Positions 38,901 through 49,267 of a stretch of DNA of 64,000 nt are shown here, in pieces. Position numbers and translations under genes: made by a program. The stretch spans positions 2,291 to 66,290 of the forward strand of contig CAZRML010000020.1 in the NCBI GenBank assembly GCA_964601205.1, written 5' to 3'. Every line of letters begins with the position of its first letter. Positions within the stretch are counted from its first letter, which is position 1. The stretch is from an uncultured Actinomycetota bacterium (GTDB taxonomy: Bacteria; Actinomycetota; Humimicrobiia; Humimicrobiales; Humimicrobiaceae). The notes beneath the pieces are model-generated. The model was not told the origin of the DNA. It saw nothing but the letters and a program-made list of their open reading frames with translations, and did no database searches.

Positions 38901-38980
38901 TTTTTTAAAAAATACTAAAAAAAGAAAACTATTAATCCGGGATATTCTCTGGATATTCCGGCTTTTGTCTGGAGTGTGTT

Positions 38981-39796
38981 ATGTATAAAGATGGCACCGG
39001 TATTATAGAAGAAGTCTTTAAAGATTTAAGGAGAAATAATCAAAAGGCTTTCATCCCATTTATAACCTGCGGGTTTCCGGACCGCAAAAACTTTTTTGAA
39101 TTATTTGAGGTCCTTGACAGAAGTGGGGCAGATATAATAGAGATAGGCATTCCTTTCTCCGACCCTCTGGCAGATGGTCCGGTTATCCAGGCTACTTCAA
39201 AGCTTGCACTGGAGAATGGAACAAATACGGATACTGTTTTTAAATCTGTAACCAGAATAAGAAAGAAAAGCAATACACCGATAGCGATTATGACCTACTT
39301 TAATACCATATACCGGTATGGGGTAGAAAAGTTTTTAAAAAAGGCAGGAGGTTCGGGGGTAAATGGGATTATAGTGCCCGATCTTTCCCTGGAGGAGTTT
39401 AATAATTACAGGAGTTATTTTAGAAAAGCAGATATTGATAATATTATGTTTGCTTCCCTGACTTCGGGCAAAGAAAGACTTAAAGCAGTTGCTAAAAAGA
39501 GCAGGGGATTTATATACTGTGTCTCAGTTAAGGGGGTAACCGGTGTTAGAAATAATGTAAATCCGGAAGTTATAAAATTTTTAAAGGATTTAAGAAAGAT
39601 AACAGAGCTTCCGCTTGCGCTGGGTTTTGGGCTCTCAAACAGCCAGCAGATTAACCGGGTGAAAGATTATTGTGACGGGATTATTATAGGAAGCAAAATC
39701 TTATCACTTATCCTGAAGGCAGATAGCTTTAAAGAAGGCATAAAAGCAGTGGAAAATTTTGCTTTAGATATAAACAAAACCCTAAAATTATTATAG
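38981..39796 (+). CDS. trpA: tryptophan synthase alpha chain
   Basis: IEIGIPFSDPLADGPVIQ, VPDL..EE, GFIYCVS..GVTG, GFG, DG.IIGS. Confidence 0.96.
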   Translation: MYKDGTGIIEEVFKDLRRNNQKAFIPFITCGFPDRKNFFELFEVLDRSGADIIEIGIPFSDPLADGPVIQATSKLALENGTNTDTVFKSVTRIRKKSNTPIAIMTYFNTIYRYGVEKFLKKAGGSGVNGIIVPDLSLEEFNNYRSYFRKADIDNIMFASLTSGKERLKAVAKKSRGFIYCVSVKGVTGVRNNVNPEVIKFLKDLRKITELPLALGFGLSNSQQINRVKDYCDGIIIGSKILSLILKADSFKEGIKAVENFALDINKTLKLL

Positions 39797-40105
39797 GGCA
39801 TGCCACTATCTTGAAAAAATATGTTATAAAATGGAACTAACAATTCCAAATATATATAGAAAATGGAGTTATGTATTCCAGAATTATAAAATATACAGGA
39901 GATGAAAGCTTTTTCTTAGCTGGCCCCGTGGAACCGGCATACTATACTGGTTTCAATATTAACTATATGATGGATCAATTATTATAAAGCAGAGAATTTC
40001 TGTTTATTCTTTTTTGATATGATATTAAAATAATATAATTTGTAGTAGATTTATGTTATCAGTTACTGCTTGAATCAGAGATTTTGTTAATAAACGAAAG
40101 AAAAA

Positions 40106-40999
40106 ATGCTGCAATTTGATAAAGTAAAAAAAATAAAAGATTTAACCATAAGCATTGTAAGCTATAATAGCCTTGATTTTTTGAAAGAGTGCCTTGAATC
40201 AATTTTTAAAAACCCTCCTTCAGTAGATTATGAGGTTATAGTGGTGGACAATGCTTCCATAGATGGAACTTCTGAATATATAAAAAATAATTATTCCGGG
40301 GTAAAACTTATACCAAACACCAGGAATATCGGGTTTGCGGCCGCAAATAACATAGCCGTGAAAAAAACAAACTCAAAATATGTCCTTCTTATGAACAGCG
40401 ACTGCAGGGTTTATGAAAAATCACTGGACAACCTGGTAGAATTTATGGAAAAAAATCCCACAGCTGGAATAGCCGGACCAAAAATAATAAACAGTAACGG
40501 CACCATTCAACTATCATGCAGGAAGTTTCCCTCTATATTCAATGCTGCTCTTCACACTATACTGGGAGAAGTTTTTCCGCAGAATCCCTTTTCAAAGAGC
40601 TACAAGCTTGCAGGAGTATCCAGAGACAGGCCCTTTAAAGTAGACTGGGTTTCAGGGTCATGCATGATTATAAGAAGAAAAGCTTTAAATGACACCGGCC
40701 TACTTGATGAAAGATATTTTATGTATGTGGAGGACCTGGATATCTGTTACAGGATGTGGCAGAAGAACTGGGAAGTCTATTACTGCCCTGATGCTAAAAT
40801 AATGCATCATATTGCGGGGAGCAGTGGCAGCGGGAAAATAAAATCAAGTTTCAGGATGCAGAGAAGCGTATTTTATTTTTTCTGGAAAAATTATAGAAGA
40901 AACTGGCGGGTTATATTAATACCCCTGCTTATATTGATTCTCGGGTTCAGGTTATTTCTTTCCATTTTGAAAAGTTTCTTTTCAAAAATAAAAAAATAA
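40106..40999 (+). CDS. glycosyltransferase family 2 (WbbL-like rhamnosyltransferase)
   Basis: IVSYNS, DNAS.DG, N.GFAAANN, VDWVSGSCM, DERYFMYVED.D.C. Confidence 0.87.
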   Translation: MLQFDKVKKIKDLTISIVSYNSLDFLKECLESIFKNPPSVDYEVIVVDNASIDGTSEYIKNNYSGVKLIPNTRNIGFAAANNIAVKKTNSKYVLLMNSDCRVYEKSLDNLVEFMEKNPTAGIAGPKIINSNGTIQLSCRKFPSIFNAALHTILGEVFPQNPFSKSYKLAGVSRDRPFKVDWVSGSCMIIRRKALNDTGLLDERYFMYVEDLDICYRMWQKNWEVYYCPDAKIMHHIAGSSGSGKIKSSFRMQRSVFYFFWKNYRRNWRVILIPLLILILGFRLFLSILKSFFSKIKK

Positions 41000-41116
41000 A
41001 CTTTTAAAGGTGGAGCTTTATTTGTTTTTATTAAATTTGATAAGTTCGGGTTTTTTAAATTTGGGATTTTATATTAAAATAATCACTGAACCTAAATTAA
41101 TACAGGAGAAAAGCTT

Positions 41117-42076
41117 TTGAAAATTCTAATAACCGGTATTGCAGGATTTGTTGGGAGACATCTCTGCTCTTATCTGGCCGGTGATGACAATAATAAGATT
41201 ATAGGTGTCGATCATGATTTTAAGGATTTCAATCCGGATAATTATGGTCAAAAAGTAGAGCTTGAAAAGGTAGACCTGACAGACAGGGAGAAAGTTTTCA
41301 ATGTCATTAAAAAATTTAAGCCGGATCAGGTGTATCACCTGGCAGCTCAGAGTTCCGTGAGCCATTCCTGGGAAAACCCGGTGGAAACTTTCCGGATTAA
41401 TGTTTTTGGAGGTATAAATATTTTAGAGGGTATGAGGAATTTCTGTCAGGACTGCAGAATTCTTATAGTGTGTACCGCTGAGGAATATGGTGAAACTGAA
41501 GGAGAGGACAGAGCAATTGACGAGAATTACATGATTTATCCCCAGAATCCATATGCCATAAGTAAATCGGCGCTGGATTTTTTTTCCTCTGTGTATTTTA
41601 AAGCATACGGGCTTCCGGTATTTATAAGCAGGTCATTTAACCATATCGGGCCCGGGCAATCTGAGAAATTTGTTGCTTCGGATTTTGCAAGGCAGATAGC
41701 CTTAGTAGAGAAGGGTGAAAAAGCTCCTGTAATAAAAGTGGGCAACATTGATGTTTACAGAGACTTCTTGGATGTGAGGGATGCTGTTAAAGCGTATTAT
41801 TACATTGTAAATGAGGGTACCTGCGGGCAGGTTTACAATGTCTGTTCGGGAGAAAAGAGAAAAATATCTGACATACTGGATATACTTATATCAATGAGTA
41901 AAATAAAGAACATAAGAGTTGAAATTGACAGAATAAAATTCAGGGCGATTGATGTTAAAATAATATATGGTAATAATAATAAATTAAAAACCCATACGGG
42001 ATGGACTCGGGATTATTCTATCAAAGAATCGCTTAAGGATACGCTTTACCATTGGAGACAAAAACTTAATCTGTAA
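41117..42076 (+). CDS. rmd: GDP-6-deoxy-D-lyxo-4-hexulose reductase (RMD)-like SDR
   Basis: HLAAQSSV..SW, EEYG, NPYA.SK, R.FNHIGPGQ...FV..DFA.QIA, VGN....RDFLDVRD; two genes from gmd. Confidence 0.75.
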   Translation: MKILITGIAGFVGRHLCSYLAGDDNNKIIGVDHDFKDFNPDNYGQKVELEKVDLTDREKVFNVIKKFKPDQVYHLAAQSSVSHSWENPVETFRINVFGGINILEGMRNFCQDCRILIVCTAEEYGETEGEDRAIDENYMIYPQNPYAISKSALDFFSSVYFKAYGLPVFISRSFNHIGPGQSEKFVASDFARQIALVEKGEKAPVIKVGNIDVYRDFLDVRDAVKAYYYIVNEGTCGQVYNVCSGEKRKISDILDILISMSKIKNIRVEIDRIKFRAIDVKIIYGNNNKLKTHTGWTRDYSIKESLKDTLYHWRQKLNL

Positions 42077-42103
42077 ATTAAAATAAAATGGAAAGGGAAT
42101 AAA

Positions 42104-43219
42104 TTGAAAGCAGTGATACTGGTAGGGGGTGAAGGGACGCGATTGCGCCCGATTACTTTTCTTAACCCAAAACCCATGCTTCCGCTTGTCAACAAACCTT
42201 TTATGGAAAATTTTGTTTTATGGATTAAATCCCATGGTATAAAAGATATAATTTTCTCTGCCGGTTACATGTCAGAGGTTTTTAAAAATTACTTCGGGAA
42301 TGGGGAGAGATTTAGCCTTAACATAAAATTTGTTGAAGAAAAAGAACCACTTGATACCTGTGGAGGAGTTAAAAATGTGGAGAAATATTTAGATAATGAT
42401 AGTTTTATGGTATTTAACGGTGATATACTTTCGTCTGTTAATTTGACTGATATGATAGCCTTTCATAGAGAGAAAGAAGCGGATATAACCATATCTCTGA
42501 CCTCTGTTGAAGACCCTGCGGCGTACGGTCTTGTGCCTGTTAATGGTGACGGGAAGGTACTGAGATTTCTGGAAAAACCGGGGCAGGATGAAATTATAAC
42601 TGATTTAATTAATGCGGGGATATATATTATAGAGCCGCATGTAATGAAGCTTGTACCGGAATGCGAAAGATATTCCTTTGAAAGGCAGCTATTCCCTGAA
42701 GTTCTTAAAAAGGGTTATAAAATCTTCGGATATACTTTTAATTCTTACTGGATTGATGTTGGGACACCCATGAAATATTTAACGGCCAACCAGGATGTTC
42801 TGCTTAGAAAAATAGATTTTAAGTTCCCGGGTGAAGAAGTAATGGAGAATATATACATAGGTAAGAATACGGAGTATTCAAAAAGTAATTTTATCTCCGG
42901 ACCAATAGTTATCGGTGAGAACACAAAAATAGATAAAAATGCCAGAATATTACCCCTTAGTGTAATTGGGGATAGCTGCTTAATATCAGGAGGGACAGAG
43001 ATATCTGAAAGTGTGATATTTAATAATTGTAATATAGGCAGGGGAAATCACATAAAGAAAGCTATAATTTCAAATAATGTTAGCGTAAGAGATAACGTAA
43101 TTATTGAAGACTATTCGGTTATTGGAGATAATAGCATTATAAGGGGGAATAACATATTAAAGAATGGTATCAGGATTGGTATAAATTCTGATACCATGGA
43201 AGGCCAGATTACTTTTTAA
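42104..43219 (+). CDS. NDP-sugar synthase / mannose-1-phosphate guanylyltransferase (nucleotidyltransferase plus beta-helix)
   Basis: LVGGEGTRLRP.T...PKPM.P, F.EKP, INAGIY, YW.DVGTP. Confidence 0.88.
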   Translation: MKAVILVGGEGTRLRPITFLNPKPMLPLVNKPFMENFVLWIKSHGIKDIIFSAGYMSEVFKNYFGNGERFSLNIKFVEEKEPLDTCGGVKNVEKYLDNDSFMVFNGDILSSVNLTDMIAFHREKEADITISLTSVEDPAAYGLVPVNGDGKVLRFLEKPGQDEIITDLINAGIYIIEPHVMKLVPECERYSFERQLFPEVLKKGYKIFGYTFNSYWIDVGTPMKYLTANQDVLLRKIDFKFPGEEVMENIYIGKNTEYSKSNFISGPIVIGENTKIDKNARILPLSVIGDSCLISGGTEISESVIFNNCNIGRGNHIKKAIISNNVSVRDNVIIEDYSVIGDNSIIRGNNILKNGIRIGINSDTMEGQITF

Positions 43220-43286
43220 ATTAGAATCCGGATATTTAATTAGTGTAAAATTTTTTTAAAAATTGAGTGGAGGCAAGAAAGAAATA

Positions 43287-44252
43287 ATGGTAAAAGCACT
43301 TATAACAGGAATTACAGGTCAGGATGGCTCTTATCTGGCAGAGTTTCTGCTTGACAGGGGGTATGAAATTTATGGAATGATAAGGCGCTCCTCGGTGGAA
43401 AATTTTGAGAGGATAAATCATATAAAGGACAGAATAAAACTTGTACAGGCTGACCTTCTTGACCAGCTGTCCATAATAGATGCTATAAAAGAATCGCAGC
43501 CTGATGAGATTTATAATCTTGCCGCGATGTCATTTGTGCCGACATCATGGAAGCAGCCGGTGTTAACCGGAGAATTTACCGGGCTGGGGGTAACAAGAGT
43601 GCTGGAAGCGGTGAGGCACATGAACAGGAAGATAAAATTTTATCAGGCTTCCAGCTCAGAAATGTTTGGAAAGGTGCGTGAAGTGCCCCAGAACGAAAAA
43701 ACTCCTTTTTATCCCCGCAGTCCTTACGGTGTAGCCAAGGTTTACGGTCATTACATGACTGTTAATTACAGGGAAAGTTATGATATGTTCGCCTGCAGTG
43801 GTATACTTTTTAACCATGAATCGCCCAGGCGCGGGCTTGAATTTGTTACCAGAAAAGTAACCAGTGGAGCGGCCAGAATAAAGCTGGGGCTGGCCGATGA
43901 ACTGCTGCTCGGGAATCTGGATGCCAAGAGGGACTGGGGTTATGCAGAGGACTATATTGAAGCAATGTGGCTCATGCTCCAGCAGGATGAGCCCGGAGAT
44001 TATGTTATAAGCACCGGAGAGACGCATTCGGTGAAAGAGTGGGTAAAGCTTTCTTTTCAGTGCCTTGACCTTGGATGGGAGAAGTATGTGAAGGTTGATA
44101 AAAGATTTATGCGGCCGGCTGATGTAGAACTACTGGTGGGAGATTCGACTAAAGCAAGAGAAAAACTGGGATGGAAACAAAAAACGAAGTTTGAGCAGCT
44201 GGTAAAGATTATGGTGGAATATGATTATAATAATTTAAAAAAGCTAATTTAA
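43287..44252 (+). CDS. gmd: GDP-mannose 4,6-dehydratase
   Basis: [53 protein letters not shown]. Confidence 0.95.
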   Translation: MVKALITGITGQDGSYLAEFLLDRGYEIYGMIRRSSVENFERINHIKDRIKLVQADLLDQLSIIDAIKESQPDEIYNLAAMSFVPTSWKQPVLTGEFTGLGVTRVLEAVRHMNRKIKFYQASSSEMFGKVREVPQNEKTPFYPRSPYGVAKVYGHYMTVNYRESYDMFACSGILFNHESPRRGLEFVTRKVTSGAARIKLGLADELLLGNLDAKRDWGYAEDYIEAMWLMLQQDEPGDYVISTGETHSVKEWVKLSFQCLDLGWEKYVKVDKRFMRPADVELLVGDSTKAREKLGWKQKTKFEQLVKIMVEYDYNNLKKLI

Positions 44253-44291
44253 TAATAAATTGATAAATAATTAATAAGGAAGTTTTGGGTT

Positions 44292-45737
44292 ATGAATGAA
44301 ATAAATATACAGTTTGGAACAGATGGCTGGCGGGGGATAATAGCTGAAAGGTTCACTTTCCGGGGAGTAAAAATTGTCTCCCGGGCTGTAAGCAATTATC
44401 TTAATAAAAAGTCTGACGGCAGAAGGAAGCCGCGCGTGGTGCTGGGATATGATACCAGGTTTCTTTCGGATAGATTTGCACGGACGGCAGCAGGTGTTTT
44501 TACCATGAATAATATAGAAACATATCTTTCGGAGAGAATCATAACCACTCCGGTTTTATCTTATGCAGTGGTTAATAAAAAAGCTGATCTGGGGGTTATG
44601 ATTACTGCAAGCCACAATCCTTATTATTATAATGGCTATAAGATAAAAGGTTCTTTTGGCAGCTCGGCTACCATGGATATAATAAAGGGAATAGAAGTGG
44701 AATTAGACGAAGTGATGGGGAACATTGCCAGATATGAGAAATCTTTAAACTTTGAGGGTGAAGATGATGTTGATATAAAGGAATTTGATTTTTTGTCCGC
44801 CTACAGGGAAAATATTTTAAGCCAGATAGACAGAGATATTATAAAAGATTTGAATTTTAGTTTGCTGCTGGAGCCGATGTATGGTGCTTCCCGGAGCATA
44901 TTCATTGATATTCTCAGGTCAATAAGCCGGGCAAATATTTATGAAATGCATTCAATTCTTAACCCGGGTTTTGGAGGTATAAACCCGGAGCCTATCGGGG
45001 ATAATCTGAATGAGGCCAGGGAGGTTCTAAAAAATAAAGATTATAAATTAGCAATATGCCTGGATGGTGACGGCGACAGGATAGCAGCTCTCGGGGAAGA
45101 CGGCAATTATATTAGTTCCCATCACCTGTATTCTATAATTTTATGGTATCTGGCGCATGTAAAGAAAATGAAGGGTAAGGTAGTAAAGTCTGTGAACCTT
45201 TCATCAACAATTGATAAGATATGCGCCCGTTATAACCTGGAACTCGTCACCACTCCTGTGGGTTTTAAGTATATAGTAGAAGAAATAATGAAAGGCGGAG
45301 TTATCATGGGCGGTGAAGAAAGCGGCGGCCTGTGGGCAGGAGGGAGTATACCTGAAAGAGATGGAATGCTGATGGGATTAAAACTTCTGGAGATATTATC
45401 CACACTGGGTATGACCGTAAATCAGGTTCTGGAGAAGATTTATGATGAATTTGGTTATTTTGTATTTACCAGAATTGATTATGAGACCGATTTAAAGCAG
45501 AAGAAGAACCTCCAGTCTATCACCCGAAAGGGTATTCCCGGTGTATTAAAGGAAGCCGGAGTAAAGAATGTTGTTACCCTGGACGGGTATAAATATATTA
45601 TGGAAGACGGCAGCTGGCTGATGATAAGACCTTCGGGAACCGAAGCAGTGGTACGAGTATATGCAGAGGGTGACAGTGAAGAGAAAACAAATTATCTCCA
45701 TAAACTGGGAGGAGCAATAATTGATAGTGCAATTTAA
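44292..45737 (+). CDS. phosphoglucomutase/phosphomannomutase
   Basis: FGTDGWRG, TASHNP, DGDGDR, GGEESGG, RPSGTE. Confidence 0.93.
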   Translation: MNEINIQFGTDGWRGIIAERFTFRGVKIVSRAVSNYLNKKSDGRRKPRVVLGYDTRFLSDRFARTAAGVFTMNNIETYLSERIITTPVLSYAVVNKKADLGVMITASHNPYYYNGYKIKGSFGSSATMDIIKGIEVELDEVMGNIARYEKSLNFEGEDDVDIKEFDFLSAYRENILSQIDRDIIKDLNFSLLLEPMYGASRSIFIDILRSISRANIYEMHSILNPGFGGINPEPIGDNLNEAREVLKNKDYKLAICLDGDGDRIAALGEDGNYISSHHLYSIILWYLAHVKKMKGKVVKSVNLSSTIDKICARYNLELVTTPVGFKYIVEEIMKGGVIMGGEESGGLWAGGSIPERDGMLMGLKLLEILSTLGMTVNQVLEKIYDEFGYFVFTRIDYETDLKQKKNLQSITRKGIPGVLKEAGVKNVVTLDGYKYIMEDGSWLMIRPSGTEAVVRVYAEGDSEEKTNYLHKLGGAIIDSAI

Positions 45738-45791
45738 TTAGAAAGAATTTCAGGAAAATAATTTAAGGAAGTTTATAGAGAGGAAGGTATT

Positions 45792-46868
45792 ATGAATGTT
45801 CTTGATAATCTAAAAAAAATCAGAGAAATTGATACAGAAAGGATGCTTGAGGCTGAAGAAAATTTTTACCAGCAGCTGGTTGAAGCAAAAAAAATTGCGG
45901 ACAGTGTAGATTTAAGAAAAGTAAAAGGTAAAAAATTTACCGGTATCACCTTCCTGGGAATGGGAGGTTCCGGATTCGCCGGGGATATTATTAAAGCCTT
46001 AGTAAGGGATGATATTGACATACCGGTAGAAATTGTTAAAGGATATAGCCTGCCTTTATTTATAAAAAAAGGATGGCTGGTCGTTTCCATAAGTTACTCC
46101 GGAAATACTGAAGAAACAATATCTGCAACCAATCAGGCACTTGAGCGTGGATGTGAAATTGTGATTATTTGTTCGGGCGGGGAGCTGGAAAAAATTGGCA
46201 GAGTCAACGATAAAACTATAATAAAGATACCATCAGGCATACAGCCCAGAGGTGCGATCGGTTATTTATTCTTTCCCACCTATCTTGCAATGGCATATTT
46301 AGATTTGATTAACATACCTTCAGGTGATATTGATGAAGCGCTTAATTTGATAAGGGAAAAGGCAGGGCTATATAACAGAGAAATGGAATCCGGTAAAAAC
46401 CCTGCGAAGAAAATAGCCCTGGAGATTTCAGATTATCTTCCTATAGTATACGGGACAGAAGGCATATTGAGTACTATTGCATACAGGTTAAAATGTGAGC
46501 TAAATGAAAATTCAAAAACTCCGTCCTGGTGCAATGAATTTTCGGAATTAAACCATAATGAAACTGTGGGCTGGGGGAGGTTAAAAGAAACCACAAAAAA
46601 ATTTGTAATCCTGGTTTTTAGAGACAGGCCGGAATGGATAAGAATGAAAACACGCATAGAAGTAACTTTAAACCTGGTGAGTAAAAATGCAGGTAAGATA
46701 ATAGAAATACCCGTAGAAGGAAAGTCAAAATTAGCAAAGGCATTGTCAGCCATGTATCTCGGGGATATAACCAGTGTATATCTGGCGCTTCTTAACGGGA
46801 TTAACCCCGGTCCGGTAGAAAAAATAGAATCACTAAAAGCTGAACTTAAAAAGCTGGATAAAAAATAA
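45792..46868 (+). CDS. bifunctional phosphoglucose/phosphomannose isomerase (SIS family)
   Basis: GMGGSG, SYSGNTEET, QPR.A, R.K..LNENSK, ELNHNE. Confidence 0.9.
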   Translation: MNVLDNLKKIREIDTERMLEAEENFYQQLVEAKKIADSVDLRKVKGKKFTGITFLGMGGSGFAGDIIKALVRDDIDIPVEIVKGYSLPLFIKKGWLVVSISYSGNTEETISATNQALERGCEIVIICSGGELEKIGRVNDKTIIKIPSGIQPRGAIGYLFFPTYLAMAYLDLINIPSGDIDEALNLIREKAGLYNREMESGKNPAKKIALEISDYLPIVYGTEGILSTIAYRLKCELNENSKTPSWCNEFSELNHNETVGWGRLKETTKKFVILVFRDRPEWIRMKTRIEVTLNLVSKNAGKIIEIPVEGKSKLAKALSAMYLGDITSVYLALLNGINPGPVEKIESLKAELKKLDKK

Positions 46869-46910
46869 ATTAAGAAAAAGCAATAGGGCAAGAAGCCTGG
46901 AGAGGAAAGT

Positions 46911-48170
46911 TTGATGGAATTTGATGTAAAGGATATTAATCTGGCCAGGGATGGTAAAAATAAGATAGAATGGGCGGCAATAGAGATGCCGGTGCTGAGG
47001 GGAATAAGAGAAGATTTTTCAAAAAAAAAGCCTCTTAAGAATTTAATTGTGGGAGCGTGCCTGCATGTTACTTCTGAAACGGCGAATCTTATGATTACTT
47101 TGAAAGCAGGTGGCGCCAGAGTTGCTTTATGCGCTTCCAACCCTCTGAGCACACAGGATGATGTCGCTGCTTCGCTGGTAAAGGATTTTGGCATAAAAGT
47201 TTTTGCAGTGAAGGGTGAGGATAATAAGAGATATTACAGTCATATAAACAGTGTTCTTGATACAAAACCACGGGTTACCATGGATGACGGGGCGGACTTA
47301 ATCTCTACCACCCACAGCAAAAGGAAAGAACTTCTGGAAGGTGTATATGGGGGAACAGAAGAAACCACCACCGGAGTTATAAGACTTAAGAGTATGGAGA
47401 AAAGGGGGGTTCTTTATTACCCGATAATTGCTGTAAATGACGCCAGGACAAAACATTTTTTTGACAATCGTTACGGGACCGGGCAGAGTACGATTGATGG
47501 GATTTTGAGGGCAACAAATATATTGCTGGCAGGTAGAAAGTTCGTAGTGGCTGGCTATGGCTGGTGCGGCAGGGGTGTAGCTGCAAGAGCAAAGGGTATG
47601 GGGTCGTCGGTGATTGTACTTGAAGTGGATCCTCTGAAGGCTCTGGAAGCCAGGCTGGATGGATTTGATGTTATGAGCTCTGCAGAAGCAGCAAAGATAG
47701 GAGATATTTTTCTTTCTGTGACCGGGGATAAAAATGCCATAGGAAAGGAAATTATAAAGAACTGCAGGGACAATACGATTCTGGCAAATGCGGGACATTT
47801 TGATGTCGAGATTGATTTAAAGTATTTGAATGCGAACAGTAAGTCAAAAAGAAAAGTAAGACCTTTTGTTGAAGAATATTTAATGAATGACGGCAGGAGG
47901 ATATATGTGCTTGCGGAGGGAAGGCTGGTAAATCTCAGTGCTGCCGAGGGCCACCCGGCGAGTGTTATGGATATGAGTTTTGCAAATCAGTCTTTAAGCG
48001 CAAGGTACATATTTGAAAATAGCGAAAAACTTTCAAAAAAGGTTTACCCGGTTCCTGAAGAAATTGATAAAAAAATAGCGGAGCTAAAACTTAAAAGCAT
48101 GGGAGTTAAAATAGACAGATTAACCAGTGAACAGGAGGAATACCTTAACTCATGGGAGATCGGGACTTAA
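46911..48170 (+). CDS. ahcY: adenosylhomocysteinase
   Basis: [47 protein letters not shown]. Confidence 0.96.
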   Translation: MMEFDVKDINLARDGKNKIEWAAIEMPVLRGIREDFSKKKPLKNLIVGACLHVTSETANLMITLKAGGARVALCASNPLSTQDDVAASLVKDFGIKVFAVKGEDNKRYYSHINSVLDTKPRVTMDDGADLISTTHSKRKELLEGVYGGTEETTTGVIRLKSMEKRGVLYYPIIAVNDARTKHFFDNRYGTGQSTIDGILRATNILLAGRKFVVAGYGWCGRGVAARAKGMGSSVIVLEVDPLKALEARLDGFDVMSSAEAAKIGDIFLSVTGDKNAIGKEIIKNCRDNTILANAGHFDVEIDLKYLNANSKSKRKVRPFVEEYLMNDGRRIYVLAEGRLVNLSAAEGHPASVMDMSFANQSLSARYIFENSEKLSKKVYPVPEEIDKKIAELKLKSMGVKIDRLTSEQEEYLNSWEIGT

Positions 48171-49267
48171 TTTCTAAAAGTGAAGCACAGAGCAGGGTAA
48201 AAACCCTTATATGGGAAAATAATGTTTTAAAACTGGTGGACCAGAGAGAACTTCCTTTTAAAGAAACATACATAGATTGCCGCTCGGCTGAGAGTGTTGC
48301 CAGAGCTATAAAGGATATGGTTGTAAGGGGAGCTCCGGCAATAGGTGTTGCTGCTGCTTATGGTGTTGCGCTGGCAGCGTTAAGGTACGGGGGGAAGAGC
48401 AGGAAAGAATTTGAAAGTTATATAAATAAAGGTATAAAAATACTTGAGGAAACCAGACCTACAGCCGCAAATCTATTCTGGGCACTGGATAGGATGAGAG
48501 GGGTGCTGTCCGGACATACTGGCCTCGGAATTGATGAGACCAGAGAAAAATTGATTGAAGAAGCCAGAGAAATTGAAAGGGAGGATTTAGAAATAAATTT
48601 TAAGCTGAGCGAAAACGGTATAAAAATTTTTAAAGAAACAGATAAAAAAATTAAGATTCTTACCCATTGCAATGCGGGAGCGCTTGCTACTTCGGGGTAT
48701 GGGACTGCTATTGGAGTGATAAAAAGTTTAAATAAAGAGGGCAGGCTGGACAGTGTAATAGTGGATGAGACCAGGCCATTTCTCCAGGGAGCAAGGCTGA
48801 CTTCATGGGAACTTTATCAGGAAGAAATCCCCTTTTTTATCATATCTGACAGCATGGCAGGATATTTTATGTCAAAAAAAGAGGTTGATGCTGTGATAGT
48901 TGGTGCGGATAGAATAGCATTGAATGGAGATACTGCAAATAAAATAGGCACCCTGAGTTTATCAATACTTGCCCGTTTTTACCGCATACCCTTTTATGTA
49001 GCGGCTCCAATTTCAACGATTGATATAAAAATAAAAACCGGAGATGATATTCCTATAGAGCAGAGGGACGAAAGAGAAGTAAGAGAAATTTCAGGAAAAA
49101 CTATAATTCCGGAATTTATGCCGGTAAAGAATCCGGCTTTTGATGTTACTCCGGCTGATAACATAACTGCTATAATTACAGAGAGAGGCTTAATATATCC
49201 GCCTTATAAGGATAAGTTTATTAAAATTTTTGGAAATAAAAATTTAAATATAGAAAGTGGTGTTTGA
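48152..49267 (+). CDS. mtnA: S-methyl-5-thioribose-1-phosphate isomerase
   Basis: [68 protein letters not shown]. Confidence 0.95.
   Translation: MGDRDLISKSEAQSRVKTLIWENNVLKLVDQRELPFKETYIDCRSAESVARAIKDMVVRGAPAIGVAAAYGVALAALRYGGKSRKEFESYINKGIKILEETRPTAANLFWALDRMRGVLSGHTGLGIDETREKLIEEAREIEREDLEINFKLSENGIKIFKETDKKIKILTHCNAGALATSGYGTAIGVIKSLNKEGRLDSVIVDETRPFLQGARLTSWELYQEEIPFFIISDSMAGYFMSKKEVDAVIVGADRIALNGDTANKIGTLSLSILARFYRIPFYVAAPISTIDIKIKTGDDIPIEQRDEREVREISGKTIIPEFMPVKNPAFDVTPADNITAIITERGLIYPPYKDKFIKIFGNKNLNIESGV

Noticed and set aside
46433-47194. 253-aa minus-strand ORF
   Set aside because: It lies antisense to PGI/PMI and ahcY, spans their junction and has no recognisable motifs
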